The translations under genes and the position numbers were made by a program. A stretch of 64,000 nucleotides of DNA from Lama guanicoe (Eukaryota): NCBI GenBank assembly GCA_013239625.1, contig MU054187.1, positions 14,232,974 through 14,296,973 of the forward strand, in the 5' to 3' direction. Of the stretch, positions 51,710 through 64,000 are shown in pieces (the stretch's first letter is position 1; every line of letters begins with the position of its first letter). Under the pieces are notes generated by a model, which saw nothing but the letters and a program-made list of their open reading frames with translations, did no database searches and was not told the origin of the DNA.

Positions 51710-51920
51710 GGTTTAATAATAGCAGACCCTGGCCAAGCCCGGGCTTTTACATAGCAACTCATCTAATCTTCACAACAACCCTGTGGGGCAGTTACTGTTG
51801 TTAAACTCGGTTACAGACAGAAACAGAGGCACAGAGACACTGACTCATTCAGCCCAAGGTCGTGGAGATGGCACAGAGCCAGGCTTGGAACACCCATAAT
51901 CTGGTGTCAGAGCCTGCACT
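51710..51920 (-). mobile_element. MIR SINE remnant
   Basis: ctcatctaatcttcacaacaaccctgtg..gaaacagaggcacagaga..cccaaggtc. Confidence 0.7.
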
Positions 51921-52159
51921 CAGCTACTCCTCTTTCTCACTTGCCCTCACTTCGAGTCAGGGGCTGATGTCCCTCTTCAGTCGAGGAGCCTAGGTTCCAG
52001 TTCCTCTGTCACACATGGAAGTCAAACAGGACCCAGAAAGCCAATCCCACACCCTGATGATGGAGGGAAAACCAAGGGGGAGAATCACATTCTCCAGATG
52101 CATTTCCTGTGATTCACAACCTCAGACAAAGCAATTGAGCCAAGTCCTGCCTCTGGATC

Positions 52160-52970
52160 TATAACATGCAGTGAATGAAAAGATGCTCAATGTCATTCAT
52201 CATTAGGAAAATGCAAATCAAAACCACAAACAGATACCACTTCACACCCACGGGGATGGCTATCATCAAAAAGCCAGAAAATAAGTGTTGGTGAGGATGT
52301 AGAGAAATTGGAACCCTCATCCATTGCTGGTGAGGATGTAAAATGGTGCAGCTGCATTGAAAACCAGCATGGCAGGCTCTCAAAATTTTAACTATAGAGT
52401 TGCCATATGACTTAGCAATTCCATTCCTAGGTATATCCCCAAAAAGAATTGGAAACAGGGATTCGAACAGATAGTTGTACACAAGTGTTCACAGAGGCTC
52501 TATTCATGATAGCCAAAAGGTGGAAATAAACCAAAAGTCCATCAACAGATGCATGGGAAAACAAAATGTGGTATATCCTTACAATGGAATATTACTCAGT
52601 CATGAAAAGGAATAAAGTATCAGTACATGCTACAATATGGATAAACCTCAGAAACATTATGCTAATGGAAAGAAGCCAGATACAAAAGGTCGTCCATTCT
52701 ATGATTCCATTTCTATGATGTATCCAGAAGAGGTAAATCCATAGAAACAGGAAACAGATGAGTGGTTTCCAGGATCTGAGGGGACAGAGGTCTGGGGAGT
52801 GATTACTTAATAGACACAGAGTTTCCTTCTAGAACTATGAAAAGGTTTTGAAAGTCTAAAGAGTTGACAGTTGCACAACATTGTGGATGTACTAAATGTC
52901 ACTGAATTGGCTAACTTTACGTTATTTGAATTTTACCTCCATTTTTTAAAAAAACAAAAACAAAACATAA
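52160..52970 (+). mobile_element. L1M (L1MB-like) ORF2-end/3'UTR remnant
   Basis: gaaaagatgctcaatgtcatt..cattaggaaaatgcaaatcaaaaccaca, attgctggtgaggatgtaaaatggtgcagc, A-rich end. Confidence 0.88.
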
Positions 52971-53199
52971 AGTATAGAAGAGGGGAGAAATGTAGTTTGC
53001 AATCTTTTCTTCTGAAAACCTTAGAGTGTTTTGTAAGTACGGCCAAGTGTGAACCAAGGACGACACCAGAAGGATGATCTATGTGTGGGGAGCTTCCCCT
53101 GCCCAGGCACTGCCCCCGGGACTGGCCCGTTCGCTCCTGACAACACCATGAAGGCAAGGGCCAGGCAATGTACGGTCTGCTGTACAGGTAGAAAAGGGC

Positions 53200-53780
53200 A
53201 GAGCTGGGGTTCAAATCCAGGGACTCACCATTAGAGTTCATGCCATCAAATAAGTCTGCTTTTCTATAGTAATAGTGGTAATGAAGATAGCAAACAACCA
53301 TACAAGGCCATACTATTATTCTTATTATCCCTGTTTTATAGGAAAATAATCTGAAGCTCAGATTGGTTAGGTAACAAATTCAAGATTCCACAGCCAGTAA
53401 GTTTGGACCTGAGATTTGACCAGGTGATCCCAGAGCCCAGAACCTGAAACAAACAAAAACCTTAGCTACAGATCTTTTACCAAACACAAACTCAGCCTCC
53501 GGCTGTGCTATTTAAGTCCCTGATCCATATGCACACACGCCGCTTATACTCTGCATTATAGGCAGAACTCGAGAACCCAGAGTGAAAGGAGGGCGGTGAT
53601 GTTGGCCCTGGATCTCAGTTTGATCCTCTACTTTGGAGCTTGGTAGGATTAAAGCTTCAGTTTAGCAGTGAGGAAAACTGAGACACCGACAGGGCTTGAC
53701 ACTGCCACAGGTGCTAAGGGGGTCAGGTGGCGGAGCTGGAATTTGGACCCAGACAGTCTCAGACCGGAGGCAAGGAGTTT
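53200..53780. mobile_element. Cluster of MIR remnants
   Basis: gggttcaaatccag; gaggaaaactgagac..ggcggagctggaatttggacccagacagtct. Confidence 0.55.
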
Positions 53781-55565
53781 ACCCTCGGGTCCACATTACT
53801 TTCATCTCGGGTCCCTGACGGCGTTAGACCCATGAACTTTGAATGCCATCTTCTCCCCCGTCCCGGACTCCCATCCTTGCAGGTGGGCTGAGGACCTTAC
53901 AGTCACTTTGCATCTCCTCTCTCTTCCCGGTCTCACTACATCCTCAGAGCTTTCTTTCCTCCCTGCCTGTGGCCCATCCGCTGTTGCCAAATCCTGCCAG
54001 GCTGCTCTGAACCTCCTCCTTCCCATTTGTCCACCCCCAGGGCCCCTGTCACTCTCTCACTCACAAACTGGGAATGCAAAGGCAAGGTGTGGCCTTACCC
54101 TCAAGGACTCACTGTATAGGAGGCAGAAACCAGTGAGTAGACAGAGATGGTTTGTATACAGTGAGAAAATCCATGGGAAAGGATGGCACAGGGTCATGCC
54201 TACAAGTGGAGGACATAAGGGTAGACGTCTAGGTAACCTGAGAAAGTCAGGAAAGGCTTCCTGGAGGAGGTGATGCCTGGATTGAGACCTGCGGGACAGT
54301 AGGGACGAGAGGCATGGGCCAGCTCACTCACAGCTCTCTGCAGGTTGGCCTTGTATACCAGTCACGCCTCCCCATCCCCCATCTCCCAAGAATCCTGTGC
54401 TCTGCACACTCTCTACCCTACAGTTTTGCTCAGACAGGAATTGGAGGAGCATGGGTTCAAATCCCCATTATGACGCAACCCAGTAGCCTGTGGCTGGTTG
54501 TGTAATTTTACAAAGCCTTCCTTTCCTGGACTGTGACACAGTGAGAAGAGTACCTACTGTGCATAGCCGTTGTAAGAATTAGCAATAACGTATGTCCCTC
54601 TGGCACGCAGTTATTTAATAAGTGGTTGCCCTTGATACTAGACAATTTGTTCTGCTTGAAATACTTTTCCCTCTCAAGCCTCAGTTTCTTTAAGAAATTA
54701 CCTGAATCCAAGAGTTGAAATTAGCATTTCCTCTTTCAGATCCCATGTCACTGCTATTAGCCAACTCAGAGTCTGCCTTGGAGTAGTGACCAATGGCATG
54801 TCTGAATCTCTTAAGAGATGCTCAGCTCTGGAGAAAAACAATTGTGTTTCATTCATTTTTAACCCCTCAGTGCTCAGCCCAGCCCTGGCTTATCACTAGT
54901 ATATTTAAGATTGAAATATGGACAAAATCCTGTCCTGATGGATGTCTGGGGTAATTGGAGCAGGGATTGGGTGAGGTTGTGGCATTCTGGTCATGGGCCA
55001 CAACAGGGACAGGCCAGGGAACCAGGACCCAATGTTGATTGTGTAGTGGGGGTGGAGTGAGGTGAGGGGTGAGAACGACACAGGTCAGATCCAGAAAAGA
55101 GAAGGTGAAAATTAATAAAACTAACATGCTTCAGATCATCTGACCTTATAAATTAGAGTCATCTTGCTTCATATTTAAAAATCTCCCACAAAGAGGCAAT
55201 CCCCAAAAGAAGAAAATTTAAAAGACAGTCATCATATGAAAAAATGGCCAAATTCACTAGAAATAAAATGTGAAAATTAAAACAAGACACAAAACCTCAG
55301 AGTGGTAAAGACAGAAACAATATGTGTGTCCCATTGGTGGCCCTCCCATCCATCTGTGGCAGGAAGTGAATTGATCCAACATTAAAATGTGCACACCCCT
55401 TAATTCTATAATCTTGCTTCTAGGAACTTCTCTTCAGGAAATTATCAGAAGTGTGATAGTCCACACAAAAAGGTTTTATTACAGCATTGCCTATAATAAT
55501 AGCAAAAAATGGCAAACAGTAAAATATCCAATGATAGGATGCTATTAAATAAATTATGGCACAAT

Positions 55566-55696
55566 TTTTAAAAATATTGGGGGCTTGGGTAATTAGGTTT
55601 GTTTGTTTTTTTGTTTGTTGATTATTTTTAATGGCAATACAGGGGATTGAACCCAGGACCTCATGCATGCTAAGCACTGAGCTATACCCTCCCCCC
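55566..55696 (-). mobile_element. tRNA-derived SINE (Vic-1-like) with 10-bp TSD and a short internal deletion
   Basis: TSD atggcacaat at 55556-55565 and 55697-55706; lacks the cactctacca segment present in the other copies. Confidence 0.85.
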
Positions 55697-55828
55697 ATGG
55701 CACAATATTATGTAGCCATTGAAAATAATGTGGCAAATCTGTAATTCTTAACATTGAAAGATGTTCATGATATGGTAAAAGTGAAAAAAAGCAAATTACA
55801 AAATGATAATATCCTCTTTTTGTATTTT

Positions 55829-55837
55829 TATATATAC

Positions 55838-55870
<33 letters not shown>
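55829..55870. repeat. Compound (TA)n(GA)n microsatellite
   Basis: Direct runs. Confidence 0.85.
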
Positions 55871-58800
55871 AAGGGGGAAAGAGAGAGGGAGAGAATTTAA
55901 AAATCCTCCTGTGTATGGTGCTAACATATGCAATTTTTCTGCAGTTACATAAAATAAATTTCGTATTCCTCATGGGCTGTAAGTGACCTGGCAGTCCAGT
56001 AAATCAAGTAGCTGCTGCCCTCTGTCTGGTGAAAACTGGCTGCCCGGGTGCTCACCCGACATCCCAGTTACTCAGTCCCCATCAGGACAGGAGCCTGAAG
56101 CCACCAGCAGAGAAACCCTTCCCAGGCCAGAGCAGGTCCGACTGTCTTGCCTGGGAGAGCAGAAGACGGAGTCTCTCCGCAGATGGACAAGTTTGTGAGG
56201 ACATCGGTGGGGCTGTCCTCCACAGCTCACTCCAGAATTAGAGGTTGACACCCACATGAGCAGTCAGACAGCCCAAGGTCCTACTCCCCAGAGCGGGGAT
56301 GGTCCACGGTGGGGGAAGGAACGCAAGACCTCCTTCCCCAGGAGGTCACCACGTCAAGACCTCATTGACATCACCAGTCATTGCAATGTCAGATTTCCGC
56401 AAGCTGAGAGAAGAGAAACCTGGTACCAGCTTTGGCATTAACTGACCATCATCCAGTGTTAGAATTTCTCTCTGCCCTAGACACGTCTCTGAGCAAAGGG
56501 GTCCTCAGGAAGCTGGCTCTAGGCACCGGCATATACTTCAAGTAAATCCTTGGGCTTGAACTTGCTCCAGGCTGCAGGAAAGCTCTCATGGAGAAGCAAA
56601 CAGGAAGGAGTTTCGAGGAAAAGGCAGGAAAAATGTCCCTAGAGACAGGTCCTACTTCCTCCAAAGGTCCACCAGGACCTTTCCTTCTATTATGCATTGA
56701 CAGTGAGCACTTCCTGTTTGCTACTATTGTCTTCGTGTATTTTCAGGCACTTCATAGCTTACTTCCTTCATTACATTGACCATGTCCTGAGGAAGGGCCA
56801 GTTTCACTTGTCTTTTTACCCCCTCCCTCAGTACCAAGAATGGTGCCCTGTGCAATAAAATCATTCCTTCAACCGGTACTTACTGAAGGCCTACTATGTG
56901 CCACGCATTGTTGCAGAGTCCGTAGTGAACAGGACAGACTGGCTTTTGAACTCACTGTATACACATTCTAACGGATGAACACAGCACCAGATACAAATAA
57001 GTAAGTGAGCGAATAGGACACTGAACACTCATCTGATTTACCTGGTTCTAACTGCATTTGCTCAGAATACTCAGTAACACTGAGGACAATAAAGAGAATG
57101 ATTAAATAAGGCAGGCAAGTCCACCTGCCGCTCCACTCAGTGAGGCCGCATCCAGAGAGGGCCTGAGATGGAGGAAGTGAATCTGCTGTCCCCTCCTGAG
57201 CCACTCACCCTGCTGAATGCGACCCTGACATGAATGTAGTTTGGGGTTTTTTTGTTGTTGTTTTTGTTTTTTCATAAAGCATCACTCTTGAGTCAAAGCC
57301 AACCGCTTCATCTGGTGTTCAACCACAGGAAACAGGGATCTGTTCCAACTTGGAGGATGAATGATTCTGTCAAACTTACTGAGAGATGATATGTGGTTTC
57401 TCAATGTGTTGTCTCCCAGGGTCAGGGGCTGGAGATACTCAAGTATTATACCAAAAATTAAAACAAGACACAAGATCTCAGATTGGTAAAGACAGAAACA
57501 ATGTGTGTTTCCCATTGATGGTCCTCCCGGCCACCCCTGGCAGGAGAGAGGGTCTGCTTCAGACCCTGGTTCGCATCCTTGACCCTTAAAAGAGGTTCGC
57601 CTGCTTCTGATCTCACCCTCTCCCACATGCAGCCTGCATCTTCTGGTCTGGCCCTTTTTCACAACGCTGAGTTGTGCATGTCACGTGTGTGTTCCAGTCC
57701 TCTGATGGCTCAGTCCCAGCAGCAGTCTGCAGGCCTCCTGCCCACCTTTCCAGCCCGCATTCCCTTCCTCAGCTAGCTAGTGTGTGCCCCCTGCACCTCC
57801 CTATCCCTAGTGAGCCCTGCTTTCAGGCTCTGTGAGCGTGCGGCTCCCCCTGCCTGGAGCCCTCGCCTGCCGACCTGCCCACTTTGGAGGCCTGGCACCA
57901 CCTCCAGTTGTCATGCAACCGCAACCAAATAGCTTCACTGTCACCCATCACCCCAGGCAGAACCATGCCTCCTCCTTCCTTGCACCTTTCTTTGCCCCGA
58001 ACAAAGCACCCATCTCATTGTTTCTCATTCTCATCCTCTGCCTTCTAGAATAGTGGTTCAATGGGACAGGGACAGTAACCTCACGTAGCACTTGGCCTTG
58101 GCCCAATGGCTGGCACATAGTAGGTACTCACTAAACGCTTGCTGGGGGGATGAACCTGAGGATAAGGAGGACTGAGGCCGATGCAGATGTCAAGCATTCA
58201 TACTTCATTAATAATCAGCATCAGTTTGGTGCTCGACTGATGTGATGCTTTGAAGCCAGTGAGTACTGACTACAGGCAAATCCGAAATACCTTTTCAGAG
58301 ATTCATCTTCGCTCTCTGTACCCAATTAACGCGGGGCCATTAGTCCTTTCTGAAGCTGCCAGGATCTATTAAGCCATTTAACTTATCCTCAGGCACTTCA
58401 GGATCAGTCCCAAGGGCATTTTTATCAGGCCTGGGCGGCCAAAGCCTAAATGACTTAAGTGGTGAGCTTTCTATCACTCCCACTGGGAACCCATCCACCG
58501 AAGCAAAGCATTAATGCACCTCAAGCTCTGTGAGGCAGGAAATCTCCTGAAACTCGCTCTGGAATCAGCTTCAACCCTTAAAGAAACACTGGTCAGGGCC
58601 CTTCCTAAGGGCTAAGCCTTCTGAGTAACTGGAGCAGGAAACCACCCTCTGTGGTGATTGGAATGGTCCTAGGAAAGTCCCCAGGCCTCAAGGATGTCCC
58701 TCAGCCATTCACCCCAGTGCCTGAAATTCCCTCCATTAATCACTTAACAAATATTTGCTGAGCACCTACTAGGTGCCAGGCGCTTGGGGATTCTGACATG

Positions 58801-60055
58801 AATCATGACACGTTTGTTATTTTGAGCTAAGTTGGGGCTTTATGCTGAGCTCAAAAGCAATTGTCCCTTTGAGGATACTCAGCTAAGCATTAGTAGTGGT
58901 TAATAGCATCCTTCCAAGGAGACTGCTGAGGCAGGGGACCACTGCACGGTGGGGTTTTGGGACAGATAGGGATGCAAGTTGATGGGGAGCAAGAAGAGGT
59001 GTGAGCCTACAGGCGAATCCCAGGGTAGCGAGGGGCCACCGCACTCCAGGTTAGCTGTTTCCATACCCCACCCCCTCCATCTGCCCCACCCCGCCCTCCA
59101 GCCCTCTAGAATTGCTAGATTAGAGAAATAAGCAGAGCGAGTGTGTTAGATATAGCTGGTTTATGGGATTAGCCTGTATCCCATGGCCTGGCCCCCCTTT
59201 CCATTACATCAAGAAATGCCCCAGGTTTGCATTTGATATGTGAAAGTGTATCTCAACTTCCAAGTTTTGACATTCAGTTGAACCTCTATGAACAAAACTA
59301 ATGCCAGGGCCAACACTAAACTGCAGTAATAATAATAACACAACAACTACAGCTATCATTTATCAGGTCCTACTAGGTGCATGGGACAGTTTTCCCTCCG
59401 GTGGAGATGGACGTATCAGGAAGGGTCCCAGCCGCAAACATCTTTAAACTCTTCTCCCGCTGGGCGTCGATTCCCCGCAATACGCCACTCGGTGGCCATG
59501 GATAATCTGACCCTTGATGGACCAGCTCACTGTAAATGAACACACTGGATTTGTGACTATTCAACTGCTTTTGTGAACTTAGAGCCTGGTGTCTCCGGGT
59601 ACACCAATAACAGCCCAGACCCTGGACCACAGAGTCCACCAGTGAGGTCTGTCTGGACGCTGGGCTGGCCAGCTCCAGGCAGACCCTCTCGCTGGCCTCA
59701 GGCTTTCTTTAGATGGTTGCAGGCCCTGCTAACCCTCCCTCCCTCCCTCCTTAGGAATCTGCTGCCTTTGAGCTGGCCCGGGTCCAGCTGCGCGCCTCAC
59801 AGGAAACCCAGGGACAACCTGGCACCCACAGGAGTGGGTGTGTCTTGTCAGCCTCCTTTCTCTGGACTCTGCCTTCTAAAATTTCATGCACCTTCATCTG
59901 ATAAACCAAACCACGTGTTACCTTACCCAGGTATTAAAAATAAAAATAGCTTCTGAAGCAGTAAAAATCATTATAATTTTATTATAGAAAATATATCATA
60001 TATTTCAACTGTATTATAAATTATTGTATGTATATTATTCATCAATATATTTTTT

Positions 60056-60243
60056 CAGATACTAGCTACTATATATAAGATAAAAAAACAACAAAGTCCT
60101 ATGATACAGCACAGGAAACTATGTTCAATACTTTGTAGTGAAAAAGAATATGAAAAGGAATATATATATGTATAAATGAATCACTGTGCTGTACACCAGA
60201 AATTAATACAACATTGTAAATTGACTATACTTAAATTAAAAAC
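60056..60243 (+). mobile_element. 5'-truncated L1 3' end of the same type as the 37367 element
   Basis: ctactatatataa..acaacaaagtccta..tacagcacaggaaactat..tgaatcactgtgctgtacaccaga..gactatactt followed by A-rich sequence. Confidence 0.85.
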
Positions 60244-60339
60244 ATATATTTTATTATAGAAAATATATCATATATTTCAATTGTATTAAGTATAGTATTG
60301 TATATCATTCATCAATGTATTACTAATAAATACTATTTA

Positions 60340-61300
60340 GTTATAATTAAATTCTAGAACTTTTCAACCTACAAAAAGCAGAGAGAAGACTATAATGAAC
60401 TTCAACATCCTCCTCACCTAACTTCAACAATAATCACCATTTTGTCAATCTGGTGCATCCATCCCCCGCACTTTTTTGCTCTGAGCATGTTTAAAGCAAA
60501 TACCAGGCATGTATGATTTCCACAGAAACTTGGGTATGTGTCTTTAACAGATAAGCACGTTTATAATACAGAACCATAATGCCAAACAATAAACCCTTAA
60601 TATGATCTAATACTCGGTCCAAATATTCAAATTTCCCAGATTGTTTTTAAAATGTCTTATCGTGACTAGTTATTCTTGCTTACCTGAAGACAGAACAACC
60701 AGATTTAGCATATGAACCTCGCAGATGTCCTATTTTCAGATTCCCTGTCAGTATTTCACTCGATAGCTTTAGCATCTATTGAGGATCATTTCTAAATCCA
60801 TTCTTTTATTAGGAGTTGCCAAAGTCATGATTTTCTAATTCTATTGTGCCTTATTATTAGGGAGAATTTTGACATAAAGATGAACTTTACCTGACCAGCT
60901 CTTTGGTTACTCTGAGATACGATTCAGGCTGGAAAGGTAGGGTACAACCTTATTCTTCTATCAATTTTCAGAGAGATGAATTGGTACCCAAACAACCTCT
61001 AATGGTGACCAATGAAGAGCATCTTTTTTCTTAGCATTATGAACTTCAGGTTTTCTGTCTCTGCCATATTTCAGTACATTGCAGTCATTACTCTTTTTGA
61101 TACTAAGCATTTCCCGTCTTAGGCCAGAAGGGCTCTCCAGCTGACTCCTGGACCAGGTCTGACCGCTTCCCTGCTTTCTGGCACAACCATATAGGCTCAT
61201 CTTGGACACCTCCTGCCCTAATCAGAAATCAGCCACTTTTCCAAGGACCCCTAGTTCCTCTCCATGTTCCAGGCATCTCTAAAGTCTTCCCCTTGGGATG
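60340..61300 (-). mobile_element. Old L1ME-like remnant
   Basis: aacttttcaacctacaaaaagcagagagaa..tataatgaac; aatcagccacttttccaaggacccctagttcct. Confidence 0.6.
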
Positions 61301-62699
61301 ATAACATGACCTCGAAGAACTGAATAAAACTGGGAATTGGAAGCACCGAGATGAGTAAATAAGACAAAGATTCTCTTCTCTGGGGCTGGAGAAGGGTAAA
61401 ATGAGAGGAGAAAGATTTCAGAGGCCCTCGCACAGTTCTACCTGCCCTGCTCATCCCTTTCTCTGAATCTCTGTTCTCCGTCTCCTCTACTCTTAGCACG
61501 AGAACTTTCTATTTCTATTAAGTGCAGGTGAAAGTTCAGTCAACTGGAACCCAGGGCCCCACCTGACCTCCCTTTGCAAAGAGCCCAGAGCCTTTGTCCA
61601 GAGTTGCATCACTTCCCACCCAGCCCTTCCTGAGCCAACTCCCCGATGTCTCCGGGAGAACACAGTCGGCGTCATCCCAATGACATCAGGGAAACTCCTA
61701 TCTCCAGCAGTTTCTCCTTCAGCTGCAAAAATGTGCAGCGGTAGACAGGGTGTGGGCTTTTGAAGTCTCCGCAGGAAGCAGCGTTGTTTTCTCAGCACCA
61801 CCTCTGAGCGCATCTTCTGGGAGAGCTGTAGTTGCTCAGCTGGTGTGGACCCCTCCCATCCCCTCACCCTGTCCGCCACCACACCCACGTGGGCCAGGGA
61901 GGGCAGACCCCACACCACGTGGAGGGTGTTCAGGAAGACAGGGGACCGGCCCAGAGGAGCAAAACATAATAGAGGCTGGCGAGGGGGGTACCTGATACCC
62001 CTTCTGGTTTTCCTGAATATTCTTTGTTTCTTCCATACCCTACTCAGAAAAGCAATCAATATCACTGCACTTAAACTTACATCAGCTCAAGAGAGTCTCA
62101 ATGCCTGCCCTACTCCAGCAGTGTGTTCTTGAATCGAGAATGGCCGTTCCATATGGTTACCCCAGCCCGCCGCTGCTGCCGGCCAGAAACGTTTATTGTC
62201 ACAGCTTCCTCAATGTGCCTCCTAATCCCGGGATTAGGGAAGAAGTCCCAGATTAGTAACATTCAGATGCCTGCTATTCCTGGCACACAGCTCAGAGGGC
62301 CTACTGTGTGCTTGGGACACTTTCCAATGGGTTCTGTTTGCTCCTTCCAGCAGGCCTGTGGGCAGACACTGCTATTTCCACTGTGTAGCTGGAGAACTTG
62401 AGGATCTCTAGAAATTAAGACATTGGCCCAAGATCCCACGGTTGGCTAGGGTCAGATCTCAATGTCCCGGGGCCAGGTGCTATGGTCCCTTGTGTGCCCA
62501 CCTCTTTCTGCTTTCCAGGCTCTCCAGTCAGAGCTCAGGGGACACTTGGTCAATGAATCCTCTTCCTTGGGACTAGAAAACCCGTAATGTATTTCCTTTT
62601 CCTTTTAGGAACAAGAAGTTGGCTAATTATGGCTATTACAGTATTAAAACCACAATACCCTGGCTTCTGTTTTAGATCTAGAGAAATAGACTCTAGCTC

Positions 62700-63055
62700 T
62701 GTGATACAGCTAATACAAACCTGGCCAAACAGAGTGAGTCAGATCATGCCCTCATCGGCTCAAAGATCCTCAGTATCTTCTCATCTCAGGGACTCGTCAA
62801 GGTCCTTACAAGGTTTTCGAGAGCCTACGCTATCTGCTTCCAGCTCTCATGTGCCTCATCCTGCTCCCCCAGTCCCTACAGAGGACACCTTTCCAGCCAT
62901 GGTCTCTGCGAGCGCCACCTCCCGGGGGTGTGCAGGGCGCAAGTTCCTGCAACTTTCTCCCTTGCTTATTCCACTTCAGCCATCAGCCTCTTTGGTGTCC
63001 ACTAACACACCCAGCCACACTTCTGCCCCTGGGCCTTTGCACCTTCTGTTCTAGT
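62700..63055 (+). mobile_element. L2 LINE remnant
   Basis: gtcagatcatgccctc..gctcaaa..aaggtccttaca..ccagccacac..gggcctttgcac. Confidence 0.6.
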
Positions 63056-64000
63056 GTTAATGTGTGGTGGAGGCAGAATTCAAACCTAGGCATCGGGTCT
63101 AGGGTCCACACCCTTCACCATGAAACTCTACTACCTTTTCCCATGTAAAGGTCTTCACATTGGACCCCATCTTTCCCTTTTTCAGGAGAGATGCCCAGTA
63201 ACGTCAAATGATATCACCTTGTTTTCTAAGCCCTAGATCATCTGTGGGTTCTCACGTGGGGTTCAAAACCCTGTGCGTTAGGGAGACCTACTCCTGCTGC
63301 TTCTCCACTAATCAGAATAAGTTCTCGAACACAGGATGCCTCCCTAGCACCTCCCAATGGGTTCAGGACTGTGTTCTATTTTCTTATCTTAAGCCTGGGA
63401 GCTTGACCTCTCCCATTACTTGAAGCCTTTTTCAAAGGCTGCAGATTTTACATTTAATCTGAAGAAGACCCTGCTGGGACAGGCGGGTCTACCTTGCCAT
63501 TGGCTGGATCTGTCTGCACTTGGGTGATTACCCCGTCCAGACGCGCAAGGGCAGGTCACGCTGGCCTCCACTGGGGATGGCGTTTCCCTCAACTGGGCCC
63601 TTTGTGTTTATCATCTCATTTCCTCTTTGCTCTGCTTTATAAAGTGGCTCTGAACACGCCCCCTTCACAAATCTAATGTGACTAAGATTTGTAGTTAAGC
63701 CTGACTCCAAAGCCCATGCCTTTTCCAGTAAGCTGCCCTGCCTTTCCAAAGTAGGTAATTTCTCCATCTTGCCCAATCCCCAGTTTCTGGATCTGTGGCA
63801 CATTAAATGCATAAAAATGCAAAGAGGCACAGCAATGCTTCCATGTCTGAATGGTATCCAGCTTCCGTTAGCCTTAGAAGACACCCCAGTGGGAGGCGGG
63901 ATCTGAAACCCCGTCCAGGCCAGTGTCCATCAAGGCATGCCACTGTTCAGGACTCCAGAGCATTTTAACTGATAGTTAACATTTTAAATTTTCATTTGCT

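Larger units (their letters stand above)
55180..55925 (+). mobile_element. Old L1ME-like remnant, interrupted by a SINE and a (TA)n(GA)n repeat
   Basis: catatgaaaaaatg..cactagaaataaaatg..aaattaaaac; gcattgcctataataatagcaaaaaatggcaaaca. Confidence 0.6.

Noticed and set aside
10620..64000. Antisense lncRNA exons overlapping RDH10, and the many 60-200 aa ORFs (e.g. 44006..44608, 61493..62065)
   Set aside because: No sequence-only evidence for lncRNA exons. The ORFs have no recognisable homology, often begin at non-ATG codons or lie in repeats.

Overview
Mammalian genomic DNA. Five copies of a tRNA-derived SINE resembling camelid Vic-1 suggest a camelid; this is an inference. The window holds two complete, spliced, head-to-head genes sharing a CpG-island promoter region. 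RPL7 (minus strand, ~4135-6846) has 6 coding exons plus a non-coding last exon and a 5'TOP motif. RDH10 (plus strand, ~7800-34680) has 6 coding exons encoding a 341-aa short-chain dehydrogenase. The remainder is intronic or intergenic and is largely decayed L1/L2/MIR, MaLR/ERV LTRs and DNA-transposon MITEs. Repeat family names are recognised by eye and need RepeatMasker confirmation. I found no convincing novel multi-gene system. The most unusual observations are: (1) the expected RPL7 exon-2 acceptor reads AA rather than AG, implying an in-frame acceptor 18 nt upstream and a 254-aa RPL7 with a KVVPAK insertion; (2) a single in-frame uORF in the RDH10 leader; (3) a short L1 flanked by a ~75-90 bp duplication; (4) a ~75-92 bp local duplication 2.18 kb apart; (5) miRNA seed matches lying between two RDH10 poly(A) signals.
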